64,000 nt of DNA from NCBI GenBank assembly GCA_037447605.1, contig CM074808.1, forward strand, positions 2,728,001 through 2,792,000. Reading direction: 5' to 3'. The notes under the pieces were generated by a model. That model was not told the DNA's origin. It saw only the letters and a list, made by a program, of their open reading frames with translations, and searched no databases. Positions 1 to 12,086 of the stretch are shown here, piece after piece. Every line of letters starts with the position of its first letter. The first letter of the stretch is position 1. Source of the stretch: Zygnema circumcarinatum SAG 698-1b. Taxonomy: Eukaryota > Plantae > Zygnematophyceae. Made by a program: the position numbers and the translations under genes.

Positions 1-122
1 CATTGAGAGCTACGGTAAAGCAAGTATCCTAAAAGACGGGTCTTTACCATGAAGGCGTTGGTCCTTTGAGGCATTGACAATCTGTACTTGAAAACGATAA
101 CTTCAACACTCAAGTATTTTGC

Positions 123-3100
123 TCAGGTGGGTACCGCCAGCTTGCCCAGCAGCACCCCCGCAAACACGATAGCTCCAAGCCACTTGTTGGAAGCAAACCT
201 GCAACAGAAATGTCAGACAATTAGAAGGGGCCGTTGGCAACTGAAGACGACAAGGGATGGTCATGAGATCCAGACAGAGTTAAAAATTTACATGCTCGCA
301 AAGCCATCAAACACTGAAGGATGGGTTGGATGAATGGAGATATACATCTACCACTCGAGACAAAGGCCTCACAATAACAGCAACAATCTTGGGAAAATAT
401 TCACTTCCATGTCTTTGACAAGAAGATTTTGTGTCATGCAGATAAAACGGTTGCTTACTTTGTTGCGCAGTCTGACTTGCTGTTGTAATTCACACCAGCA
501 ACTTGCCATGCCAAGTGCGCCCCAACTGCCATGAGAGCCACGTCAAAGGGCCAACCTAGAAGCCCAAGAGAAGCGAGAGCAAGAAACACGTCAGTGAAGA
601 TCAAAAAGGTTCATTCAATTTCGCGTTCTCCCTATTCAGTAGTTTGACTCGGCTCCTCCAGGCAAAGCTGTTCAACACATGCTTAAAACCGAACCCGAAA
701 CCCTCTTCTGAATTTAATGTCGTTAACATGCGCACTTGTTTTGTATCACCGTTTAACTCTTCCCTAGCACATTTTTCACACCGAACGGCCTTAGTGGAGA
801 GGTTGTCCTACAAGTCACTGCCATAACAAAATGTTCATTGCTTCACAAACTTCTAGAATCCAAACGCTGTTCGTTCTAGGTCTTCTATTGCCTTTTTCTT
901 ATTTTTCCAATCTCAAGGACGACACAAAAAGAAACGCTCCCACAACGCAGGCACTCATGGCATATGACCCTCCTCTGCAATCCGTGGCAAGCTTACCAAG
1001 TTCTGCTGCGTGCCCTGCAAGCGCTAACCCACTGATCATGGTGGTGCTGAATCCAGCCAGCCAATATGGCGTATGCTTGTCAAATAATAGTGCTGTAGAT
1101 TTGACACCCACTTTCCTATCATCATCTTTGTCCTGTTCAGCAATGCACCACAGAGTCGAAGGTCAAAAGTCTAATGCAGTTCTAACTGGCAGTAACAAAT
1201 AGCCAAGAGTTGCCTGAGCGCAGGTTTTACCCTCCTCGTGTTTGATGAATCGAAAGTATATTCGAGAAAATCGAGAAAAGCATTTGAAGTGTATTCCATC
1301 GTTAGTGCAATGCTCCTTGTGTGACAACAAGACAGAAACCAAACTTCTCTACTTGCAGCAATTCACGCATCGTATCGTCGAAGCTGTTTATGTCAGCTCA
1401 TAATAACCAGCCGATTGTACAAGAGTTACCTATGCCCACAGACATGAGCATGGACAAAAAAGGTCAAATGCTTCACCCACATTGGCCGGAGTGACGAAGA
1501 GTATTCAAGAAGAAAGCAGAAGATTGCGTACTTGATGTGCGTAAATTGTATCGTAGACTAGGGTCCACGATATAGCGGCCGCATAGAGGGGTAGCACAAT
1601 TGGCAAATCCAAGCTTCCCCTCACTGCTGCCCAGCCTAAAAGTGCGCCCCAGTTGAATGTCAAACCGAGGTAGGCCTGTGGCTGCCACCCAAAATTACCA
1701 GAACAGACTTGACCTTGAAGTTATTGCTGCATTACTCTGACCAGACCAAACGACCTTCTTGTGGGGTGCAGGACGCAACTATCACGTCAGCGGTGAATTC
1801 CTGAATGCAAACAATGTAGGGCAGCCCCTCCAGGGACAACTTCTGTGCTACAAGGCAGTCTGAAGAGCACATACCCAATACGTGACGCGCTTCATAAGAG
1901 GATACGTGAAGACCAAGAGCAAAGACGAAGCTCCCAAGACCTGGCTGCGAGCATCACATGGGCACGGGGAGCGACGATGGGATCAGCTTTGCAAAAGATA
2001 ATGAATTGTTCCTGCAGCAATAGGTCTAACATAAGGGAGCGCGTGTATTAAAAGAGAGGGTAGGAGAAAAAAAAGAAATGGGTCAATACCTAAAGGTGTT
2101 CAGTTGCAAGAGGATCATTAGACCCAGCAAAAGCTGTGCTCCTAAAAACGCCACGGCCTGGAAAGGTGTAACAGTCCCAGCTGCTAAAGGTCGCTGACGA
2201 GTTCTTGCCACCTGCCAGAACAACAATCTGCCATAGACTGAGCTTCAGGCTGATCACATTCAAGCGGAAGACACTACCTGCTTCTTCTACATCTCTTAAT
2301 ACATGTAACACTCCATAGTACAGACTGATCACAACGCATCTTGGGCTCCTGTTTTTAATAAGCAATGCCTAACTTGCCCTCTCCCTGGGCAAACATTCAT
2401 CGATATATTATTGATGCGAAACTGGTCCCAACAAAAACTCACTTCCTTTCCGAGACCTCATCATGGCTTCTTGCATGTTCAATTTGACTGTGCGTGCACC
2501 TATCAGTTTCATAAAAAAGAGTAAGTGCCGCGTCTCTTGGTTAAGGGTACTCAAATTCAACCACGCCTACAGGCCTCTTACTAAGAAGACATGGTCAAAG
2601 AGAACATCAAACGTCAGGCTCACAACCTCCTTCCACTTCCAACCACTTCTAGACGACAACCAACTAGCCTGCATGAGTTATATCTGCAACATTCCCTTAT
2701 AAGTTGAGAAACGGCAATCGACCTGAGCATCGATTTTACGATCCAGCAGGTCGTTGACGGTACAACCTGCACCACGCAAAAGCAACGCTCCTGCTCCAAA
2801 GAGAGCGAGCATTTTGGCGTCTGGTAAATGTCCAGGTGGTGCAGCTAGAGCAATGGACCTGCCAAAATGAAGATAGCATTTGAATCATAGGTCAGCGGGA
2901 ACGACTGCTGACAAAAAGCTGATGGAGAAAAGCTTCGCCAATCATTCACTGTTGTTGGGAAATCCATATCATCAAGTAGGGAAAGCAAGTTCAAGCATTA
3001 GTAATACATAAAGAGAATAACGACGTTTAAGTCGGCGCAATCTTTCAAATGACTCAAGGAGAAACAGATAAGGGAAACTCCAGGTACCCCTATCTTTATT

Positions 3101-4130
3101 TTCAGGTTTCTAGCCTTGATGATGTGCATCTGGGATTCTTTTTCAAAGGGCATTTTCAAAAGTAAACATTAAAAAAAACATTTTTTTGGGAAAAAAACAC
3201 AACCATTTTCTTTTCTTTAACTTTAGATTTTTTCGGTTTGTAAAAAAGAGAATGAAGCATACATCACGGACGTGTTCTCAAGATCATGGTTCGTCGCTAT
3301 ACCATGGCTCTCCTATTTCTATCTCGCCCAACGACAAGATAAGCGGGAAATACTGGAATCCTTGGACAGACACTCAGGCTCCTCTATTAACATGTTAACA
3401 TCCGGAATTGAAATGGGAAATCACGTAATATTGAACAAAACACGTACCAAAAGCATGGCCACGCCAAAAGCCACGTTCCAGCTGGCTTGCTTAGACGAGC
3501 CAGATGTGCAAAAGGCTGAAAACTGGGGGGCAAATTGCTGATCCAAGATATCTCAGAAGCTGCTTTGGAGTCCTTGTCCTCAACACCTCTTGGAACAATT
3601 GTAGTGGAAACTGCATCCTTCTCAAAGCCAGTGCTATACGCCTGGGAGCTATGAAGACAATGCGGAAACATTTTTCTTCCAGAAAGAGGACGTGGCAACC
3701 ATATCCCTTGTTTCCAATCGACAGAACTGATGACGGCTTTATTCCCAGGAAGTCGAGAATCGACGTGCTGTTCAGCGGATGGAAGAAATTGAAACGATGC
3801 CGCCTGAGACTCAGTGCCACCAATGTGAATCTTGGCAAACAAACCGTGCGTGTGGGAAGGATGATCATGCCCATGGCCAAGTCCAAGGTCACGCCCATAA
3901 ACAGGAGTATAAGCAGGTGCTTGAATGTAATGTAACGGCGAAGAGGAAGCAGGAAGCAAGGAGTGCAGAGGAGCAGCAGAATCACGATATGCGAGCGGTC
4001 TCTTCTCCCGCTCCAGCACGTCCGAAGCACATGCAGATCTTGAAGCGAGGTCCAAGGGGAGGCGCTGCCAGTAACTGCTGCGTGCACCCACCGCCGCAAG
4101 GCGCCATCCTCGCCTGCAAGCAGCCGCCAT
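123..4130 (-). CDS. COQ2: 4-hydroxybenzoate polyprenyltransferase (COQ2/PPT1, UbiA family), mitochondrial; 8 exons, 489 aa
   Basis: Spliced by hand, all GT-AG: 4130-3448, 2858-2723, 2211-2090, 1944-1875, 1681-1532, 1132-997, 555-459, 198-123 (1470 nt, ends TGA). Motifs [116 protein letters not shown] match plant PPT1/COQ2. Confidence 0.95.
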
Positions 4131-4566
4131 GGCTGCGGCCTCTCACTGCTCACTGCAAATACGGTAACCCTAAAAGACCTTAAAAGGCAGGACCTCTCCG
4201 AAGCCCGCCACAACTGGCCTCCGCTCCTGCAATTTTGTTGCTGGGTCATCCGCGGTAGATCGGAGAATAAGTTCCACTCTAGGGAGGTCATCAACGGTGG
4301 ACCTATAGTGCTCGTATGGATTTTGCATATCTGCTCAAGTGGATCCCAAAAGGAGTTAACTATGTGAGCTAGAGAACGTCAAGTGACTCAAGTGAGTCAA
4401 GTCCCACTCTCGAGGGATCAACAATGGGAGTTGAATATGTGGAATGGATTTGGTATTGATCTCGCGATGGTGATGTGGATTCAAGGGGAGAGGGTGCTGG
4501 GGGCATGGGCCCATTGAGGGGCCATGGCCGAATTGGGTTTGGGGGCAATACGATGAGGGAGGGAGT
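4131..4566. promoter_or_regulatory. Short head-to-head intergenic region, probable bidirectional promoter
   Basis: 436 bp between divergent ATGs (4130 on -, 4567 on +). Contains AACCCTAA (4166-4173, telo-box-like), inverted TGACTCA-ag-TGAGTCA (4384-4399) and TGGGCCCA (4506-4513, Site II). Confidence 0.55.
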
Positions 4567-7500
4567 ATGCAGGGCGGCCTGCAGGGAGCGCTGACAGCCA
4601 TGGCGTCGCAGGGAGCCGGAGCTCCAGCGGCTTCCAAAATGGAGGGGGGGGCGGCAGCGCCGTTGGAGAAGGTTAACAAGAAGAAGCGTAAAGGACGGTG
4701 GGGCTCAACAGGACGTATAGACAGTCTCCTAAACAAAGCATGGGGTAGTGGCAGCTCCAAGAAGAAGAGAAACAAGACCAAGCAGAAGGGGAAGGAGGAG
4801 AGTAAGATTGTGCTGGATGATAGACAGGAATATGTGTCTCCTGATGAGTCTGTGAGGGTTTTTGCTTTGGGACCTGAGGAAGATGCAACAGGGAAGGAGG
4901 AGGACACTTTTGTGCCCTTCGAACCACCTATGGGACTCCTTCTCGCAGGGCGTGCGGCCAGAAGTCAGATACAAAAGAGGAAGTGGAATTCTGCAGGCAA
5001 GGAGTTTTTATCTGGAATGGATTCAGGTGCAAGTGCAAAGACTTTTAAAGGTGCCAATGCGGGAAGGCCTTCTGTGGAACAGGCGCAGCGGTGCAGCTTG
5101 AAAAATACGTCTGAGCATAATGTAAGCAACCCTTTAGCAATTAGGAACGACATTCAATTGACTAGCCGAACACGTAAGAAGCCTGAGCGATATGGGAACG
5201 AGGCTGCAAATGATAGAAGTACAGGGAGTAGCAAGAGAGCATCAGGAAGTGTTCCGGATTCTGGGAAGTCAGGAGCGAAACGAAGTAAACGGGAGACTGT
5301 ACCCATTCCAAAGCGTGGCCGGGGACGGCCGAGGAAGAATTCCTGTATTGCAGCAGTGGCAATCGCTGAAAGTAAGTCGCAAGCGGCATGCACGCCATCT
5401 GCCTCTGGAAAGCAGAGACAAGGGGGCAGGAGAGGAACTAAACGCAAACATCACCCTTCTGAGAGCATTTCACCGACACAAGGCGATCCCGGCGATCCTC
5501 AGGAAGTCAGTGGCTGGTTAAAATGGAGCAGAAAACGGAGGTCTCTAAGCACTGCGTCTAGCCAGCTGAATCAATGTCATGACGCTGGGACTCCCTTAAA
5601 AGGAGGCAGGTCGAAATGTGGAGGTACAACTGAGCAGCGTGAGTGGAACAGGAGAACAAGGGCAGTTTCTCAAGATAATGGGAGGGAGGAGGCATCCCAA
5701 GCGCAGACTGTTGTAGAAGCAGCTTTGCAGTCTGATTCTGGTCACATAGAATCAAGAAGTTCTGACGATTCTAGGCAGGATACGCTCTTGCGGGATGAAG
5801 AAGATGATCTTCAGTTAGAAGGGGCATCAAGTATCCATGAACCTTGTGTGCTTGCAGTGAGTGCACCTATGCTGCTCTCGTCTGGCAAACGTCATAGGGA
5901 ATATGTGAGAGGTCCTCAGACAGGCGTCAAACACAAGAGGTCAAGGACCCAGAGGTCTGCTGCCAAACAGTGGCAGCCTATGTGCCCCTCCCTCGCAAGT
6001 GGAGGTGTTCCGTCATTGAATGGAACTCCTCCACAGCTAGAGAGGGAGCCGGAATGCGTCCAGGAAGGCATTGCGATGGTCTCGCTTCCAGGTGAAAGTT
6101 TGGACCTCTGTAAGCTGGGCAATGCTGGCTCAAATGTAGATCCCGCTAGTACTTTAAATGAAGAGGAGTTGTTGCCAGTTGGCGAGGGTTACAAACCCGT
6201 GGCCGAAGCAGATGCAGGTGGGACCTCAAGCTTGGACCCAGAAAATGGAGTTGTAGTTGGAGATACAATAGAAGAGGACGTGGAGAATGCAGGAAATGAG
6301 ACGGAGGATTCTGAGTGCGACCGTCTACAGCCAAAGAATGACGAGCCATCCTCTCTTCTATTGGCAGATGAGCCAGCAACTGCTGCTGTGACAGCAAAAC
6401 AGATGGAACATGATGTGAACAACAATGTCGTGCTACACAAACAAGTTCACCAGCAGGAAACATCCTTACCTATGGCATCTGGGGAGGTTATTTCAGATGC
6501 AAATCATCCAGTTAGCCACCAGCCTACTATGGAGGTGGAGCCAATGCCAGCACAGGCTAGCCATGTTTCCCCTACTGACGAACCAATCAATAACTTGGTA
6601 GCTACTTTTGAAGCCAATGGTGACGCTGGTGTAAATGACCAAGATAATGCACTTGGTTCAGCAGTGGAGCTGGATGCGAAGGCTGGAAGTACGCAGGCAG
6701 AAGTGAAGAAGGATCCAATAGGGGAGGGGTCTGAACTGGAGAGGCTTCCAGCAAGACTAGTGGAAGGCGTGGAGAATTTGCAAGAATCGATAGACATAGT
6801 TATGGCATCTGAAGGAGCTGAAGTTTTAGAAGTTGGTGTAGAAGTCGCAGTAATCACTCCCCTTCCGCCTCCTCCAAAAATATGGAGAGACGGTCGTTAT
6901 ATGGATGTAGAAATGATTTGCCAGCAGAATTCACTGTTGTCTGTGGGGTTGGACAATGTTGAGCAAGCAGGGGCCGGCGAACCGACTGCTGGGATAAGAG
7001 CAATGGAGACAGCGGATGCAGGTGATGGAGGACTGGAGCCGTCGGAGAAGGAGGAGTGTCTGATGGATAAGCAATATGAAAGAGAACTGGCATTGGAAGT
7101 GGCAGAGGAACGAGGTGACAAAGAAGACCTGCATAATGACGAGGCCCTGAATTTTCATGCAGAAGTTGCATTACAAGAAGATGGTTCAAACGAGCATGGG
7201 GAGGACAAGGAAGCCTGGGAGATTCTGGCTAGCCTGACGGAAATTCATGGTGATGATGGGGAGCCGAAGGTCCTAGATGATGCTACTGTAAACGAAGCTT
7301 TGCCGTTAGAAGGAGTCCCGCAAGCTCCCCAAACGGGGACGCATGAATCAGGCGCTTCAGGCGTGCTTGTGTTTACCAGTCATGTAGAGCAGCTTCAGAA
7401 GTCATTTGCTACAGATACTTTCACGCCTGCGGAGGAAAGGCTGGAGCCGACTGAGCGCGTCCAACTGAATGAAGCAGAGATTAGTTCTACAGGAGAAGTA

Positions 7501-10299
7501 ATGCAAGTAGACACTAGCCTTGACGTGACCAGTTGTAAGAGTGTCACAGATGACATTGGGGCAGTTAAAAACATTGAGCAACGGGCCTATAGTGAGCCTC
7601 ACTCTATAACGGACAGCGGAGAAGGAAAAGAGAAACCTGTGAGCTTTGTTGAGACCTCGCAATGTGATGCACTCATCTCGCAGGCTCTTTCAGAGGTTAG
7701 GGTGGCTGAGCACCCAGCTGAGGCAGCTTTGGAAGCTGGGCCTGCAGATTATGCAGTAGGGGCTCAGCCCGTTGTTGTAATTCACGAGCAGGAATGCGGA
7801 GTTCCTCCTTCAAGTAGTGTCGCTGTAGCTCATTTGCAGGAGATTGGAGCAAGCATAGAGTGTGACGAGAGGCAGGAGTTTGCAGAAAGTGAAGTGGGCC
7901 ATGTTGGTGAAAAGATGAAATTATTGAATGAGGTGATTACACATGCTGAACAAAGGAATATTGTAATTGAAGAACGTCTATCTGGAGTTCATTCTTGTAG
8001 TACTATAACCGTCGTTCCGTTTGTAGAGGTCAAGAAGAGCAAGTTTATAAGTTGTGTACAGAGTCGGAAGTCTGCAGAGAGTGAAGTAGGGCAAATGGGT
8101 GAGAAGATGAAATCGCTTAACGATGTGATTGAACAGACTAAGCAGAATAAAGGAATTCACCTGGAGGGGGGCAAATCTGCCAAGGAGAAGCGGACCAATG
8201 AAGGCGTCGAAAGGACACTTAGGAAGGATGAAAAACAAACTGAAGCTAGGGGGGACACCACTGCTTTGCTTGCAGTGGAGAAGCAAGTAGCCATGGCATC
8301 CCAGGGTGCACCCGAGCGTTCAATCCATGAAACACAACCTGAGAATCTTTACCGGATGATCGACTCAAAGTGTGCACGCAAAGGGGTTGCAAACGTAGAC
8401 TACGAAGTCCCTGCGAATTCAGTGGTAGATTCTGAGGAGGTGGCACTTCTTGGGCGAAACATTGACAAGCAGGAGATTAACAAAGGAGATGATAGGGGCA
8501 CAAATATCTCAGAGAAACTGATAGCAGAGCAGCATCTGCAGTGCAGAAACTGGACAGAGGCACAGAGAAAGGCAGCGTTGCAGGACCTGGACAGGTTTCG
8601 ACGGACAAAAGATTTACACTTGCCTAAAGGGACACGAGTTATGTGGCACAATAAATCAACTGAGGGCCAGAGAGGAATGAAGGGAGTTGTGGATTCTGTG
8701 AACAACTTCAAGCAGTATTATGTGGTAAACACTTGCTCTACAATGATCTCCAGCGTAGTGACTTGAGAAATGTAAAATGTAGGGTTCATTAACCGTTAGT
8801 TGCTGCTAGTATGGATTTCTGTTGTGTTTGGGGAATCTAATCTAATTCTTAATCACTACTTTAACTTCCACAATCCTTGTCGACGCATTACTCTGCTTCT
8901 TCCCCTCCATACCCTTCAGCCAGAATCTCTACTAGGGATTGCTGTGCAGTCTGAGAATCCTCAGGTGAAGGGAAGGGCAGGGTTTAATTTTGCTTGCAGT
9001 GGGTGGAGACCCTCGGCTGCTCCAAACGCGCGCAGTCGCGAGACAGTCTGGTGGTGCTCGCTCTGCCCCCCGACCTCCCTTTGTCCGCCGAAGACTTTCA
9101 GCCGAGCGGGCAATGGAGTGGAATGACTGCGGCGGAGATCAACGCTGCAGCGGCGGCTGACTGTCAGCAAGAAGCCCCCCCAACGGAGGCTCGGAAAGTA
9201 AGTGGCAAAGCAGATGCCAAGAAGGGGCGGCATAGGAAAGGGCAACAGAGCACAGAATTGGCCACTATTAGTGAGGTTGCAGAGGAGTTGGGTGAGGTCG
9301 TATGCATTGCCAGGAGGCTAAGGAGACGGTCAGCGGAAGCACCTGCAAAGCAGCAGGAGGACCGAGAGGCTGCGCAAGGGGAGGTGGGGGGGGCCATAGT
9401 GCAATTTAAGGACAAGCCACTGACAGAGGTTGAGACCTCTTCAATGGCCCTTCGGCAAAAGGAGGAGGAACAAGTCGTAGTTTTTGAAGATGACGGACAA
9501 GCAAAGCGGGTAATCCTTCTGGCTATTGCCCACGTTTTCGACGTATGCTTTGATTTTCTTAACAGTTTGTGTCATTATGATTGTGGGTTGGGCGACATGT
9601 ACCACGGCTTGCACTTAGGTGGCGACGCATCAACGTTCTTTGAGAGGAGAAATGGGCTAGGGCTTGCAGAATGTAAATTGTTCTCTTTCTGGGTGTATTG
9701 GGACAGCTCGCAGAAATGGCGCAAATGTTAGCTGCCGGCTTCGCTGATCGTGATGAGGTGAGAGATATCCATGTTGATAGCTGAAGGCCTGCAAAGTATT
9801 GTCATGTTGTCCGGCTCAGATCCGTACTTCATTCCGCACGCTTAGCGTTTGAGCTTGATGTGCGCGACCTACACAGTGGGAGCACTTCTCCTTCTCAAGA
9901 TAGGAAGTCTGCCATTCATGGAAACAGTAATCAAGCGAATTGAGCGTTGACCAAACTTCAAACGAAGCCGCTGATTCTTTCTTAATTTCCAAATAACGGA
10001 AAGTCGCATTCCTTTAGTATGTTTAGGAGCTCATCTCAAGCCAAGAACATAGAGAAACCACGTCCACACTATTATATGTAACCGTTGTTAAACGGCTTGT
10101 GTGAGGCGAGCAGGAACCTCGTGCGAAAATGGTGCTATGGATAATGTTGAAGGAGGACGTGACGGTACGGCAGCTGAAGTCAACCGGCGTACATGACGCA
10201 GTCTGCGCCTTCAAGAGCCACCGGAATCCCCACTTGGTCACTCGAGCCAATGATCTTCTTGAGCATTGGAAGCAGCTGGGGTTGCTGATTGGAGAATGA
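4567..10299 (+). CDS. Uncharacterised 1634-aa nuclear protein: AT-hook, long disordered acidic region, SH3/KOW-like module, C-terminal TFIIS N-terminal (TND)-like domain
   Basis: Predicted exons 4567-8724, 9000-9509, 9707-9757, 10114-10299 (all phase 0, GT-AG, 4905 nt). AT-hook KRGRGRPRK at 5311-5337 and basic NLS-like clusters. Last exon reads VTVRQLKSTGVHDAVCAFKSHRNPHLVTRANDLLEHWKQL, the TFIIS-N pattern. Splicing 8724 to 9000 restores a continuous beta-rich module. Exon 1 is a directly seen 4.2-kb ORF; exons 2-4 are inferred. Confidence 0.75.
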
Positions 10300-10846
10300 C
10301 CGAGAGAGGGGACTGCAGAGCAGATCTCGAGCAGAGAGGGGAGAGGGAGGGAGGGGGGGGGGAAAAGGGGAGGGGGAGGGGGGGAGGGTAAGAAGCAAGT
10401 GTACAGGCAGTGAATAGATGGGTAGATGGATAGGTAGATAGAGAGATAGGTGGGTAGTTGCACAAATAGTCAAATGGAGGGACAGGCTATTAGAAGGATG
10501 CATGGACAGGGAGACAGATAGGGAGTGATGGTGAAATGCAGAATTTTGAGAAAGGCAGAGAGTGAGAAAGAGAGAGAGAGAGAGAGCATGGGCCCAGCCA
10601 TGCCCCGTTCTAATTTGTTCCTGCGATTTGAGTGGCCGTGATTTTCAATGTTCGAGAAATGTGTTTGTTGGAAACAAGTCTTACTTTGAAGGGTGTGTCC
10701 TTGTGTATTCAAAAATAAAAATAAAAATAAGAAATAAATTGAAATGTCCCGAAGTTTTTCTCATTAGCTCACATACAAGAACAGTTTCAATATGAAAGCT
10801 GAAAGCCTTTATTCACCTCATCTTTATCCGCATTCTCCCCTTCCCC

Positions 10847-11010
10847 CTCCATCTCTCTCCCTACTCCTCACTCTTCCTGCCTATATCTCCCTCCAACCAG
10901 ACCCCTCCCTTCTCGTTCCCCTCTCCCTCTCCATCTCTCTCCCTTCTCCTCACTCTCCCTGCCTATATCTCCCTCCAACCAGACCCCTCCCTTCTCGCTC
11001 CCCTCTCCCT
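10847..11010 (+). repeat. 82-bp tandem duplication within a pyrimidine-rich (CT) tract
   Basis: Units 10847-10928 and 10929-11010 (ctccatctctctccc...cctgcctatatctccctccaaccagacccctcccttctcg...) differ at about 3 positions. Confidence 0.85.
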
Positions 11011-11560
11011 CTCCCACTCTCTCCCTCTCACCTCTCTCTCTCTCCCCCACTCTCTCTCTCCCTCTCAACCTCTCTATCTCTCCCCCACTCTCTCTCTCCC
11101 TCTCGCCTGCGCCGCCATGTCTGGACAGGATCTGTAAGAGGTGAAGGCCGCATTACCGTCATGGCTCTAACAAGGAGGATTGGTGGTTTTGAGAAGGCAA
11201 TTATTCAGTCTAGACGCTTTCTCGGTTTAACCTTGAGCTTTCTCAGAGAGACATTCTTCAATCAGATGTTGCTCAGATTGCTGACACAATCAGTCATTCA
11301 CTATTTTGATGTTTTCTGTTTTTTTAAGTATTTTATGTTAAAGAAACTTTCCTATGCCCGAATGATGCTCTCACAATAGACATGTGAGCAGGCACCCGCC
11401 AATGATGCTGAACTTGCCTCTCCTAGCAAGCGAGCACCTCCATGGCTCCAACATTGTTCGTGTTGCTCTCATGCTCGCCATCGTTCCCACATGAGCCATG
11501 TCATCGCCGTTAGGCGAGTCTACAGGCACATCGCACAGTAATGAACCCGCGAGTATTGAT

Positions 11561-11614
11561 CCAATCACAACACGCCATGTCAGCAGTGGCGCACATGTGG
11601 CGTCTTGTGATTGG
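11561..11614. promoter_or_regulatory. 54-bp inverted pair of CCAATCACA-N4-GCCA (ERSE-like) half-sites
   Basis: ccaatcaca-acac-gcca...tggc-gtct-tgtgattgg; the same geometry recurs at 43734-43787. About 470 bp upstream of the CPBP ATG. Confidence 0.5.
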
Positions 11615-12086
11615 TTATACGTTTCGACGTTTTAAAGGCCGCCCTCCCGGGAGCGGATAACGAGCGGCTGGTCCGTACGCGTCGACGTGGACATCCGTCC
11701 GGTCAACACGTGGCACAAAAGCTCATGGATCGGACCTGTTCGGTGAGCTCCATGAGCGTCTCCGTTGGAACTGGAAAGCGGACTGCGTTGCTCCATAGGT
11801 CGTGGAACTGCGTCTCATCTGTGTGTGGGCCGAAGCTGTCAGCCATGGCGGAGGGAGGGGTGAGGGGGTGTAGGCGAGAGGCAAGTTAGTGGGGAAGGGA
11901 GGGAGGGGAGGGAAGGGGAGAGGAGAGGAGAGGAGAGGAAGAGAAGGGACGGCAAACGGCTGGAGGGAATCGACAGATGCAAGTGAGAATTGAAGGAAGG
12001 ACGGTGCAATGAAGGAGGAGAGGGAAAAGCTCCGTTGTTGATATGCGCCATACCTGCTGCTCTTCGCCTTGCAGGGCGTCATTGCC

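Noticed and set aside
4673-8711. Numerous antisense and alternate-frame ORFs inside the 4.2-kb exon
   Set aside because: Shadows of the long coding exon; no motifs or independent splice logic.
11125-11135. ACAGGATCTGT match to the 5' region of plant U3 snoRNA
   Set aside because: Only 11 nt; no other U3 boxes and no USE/TATA promoter found.
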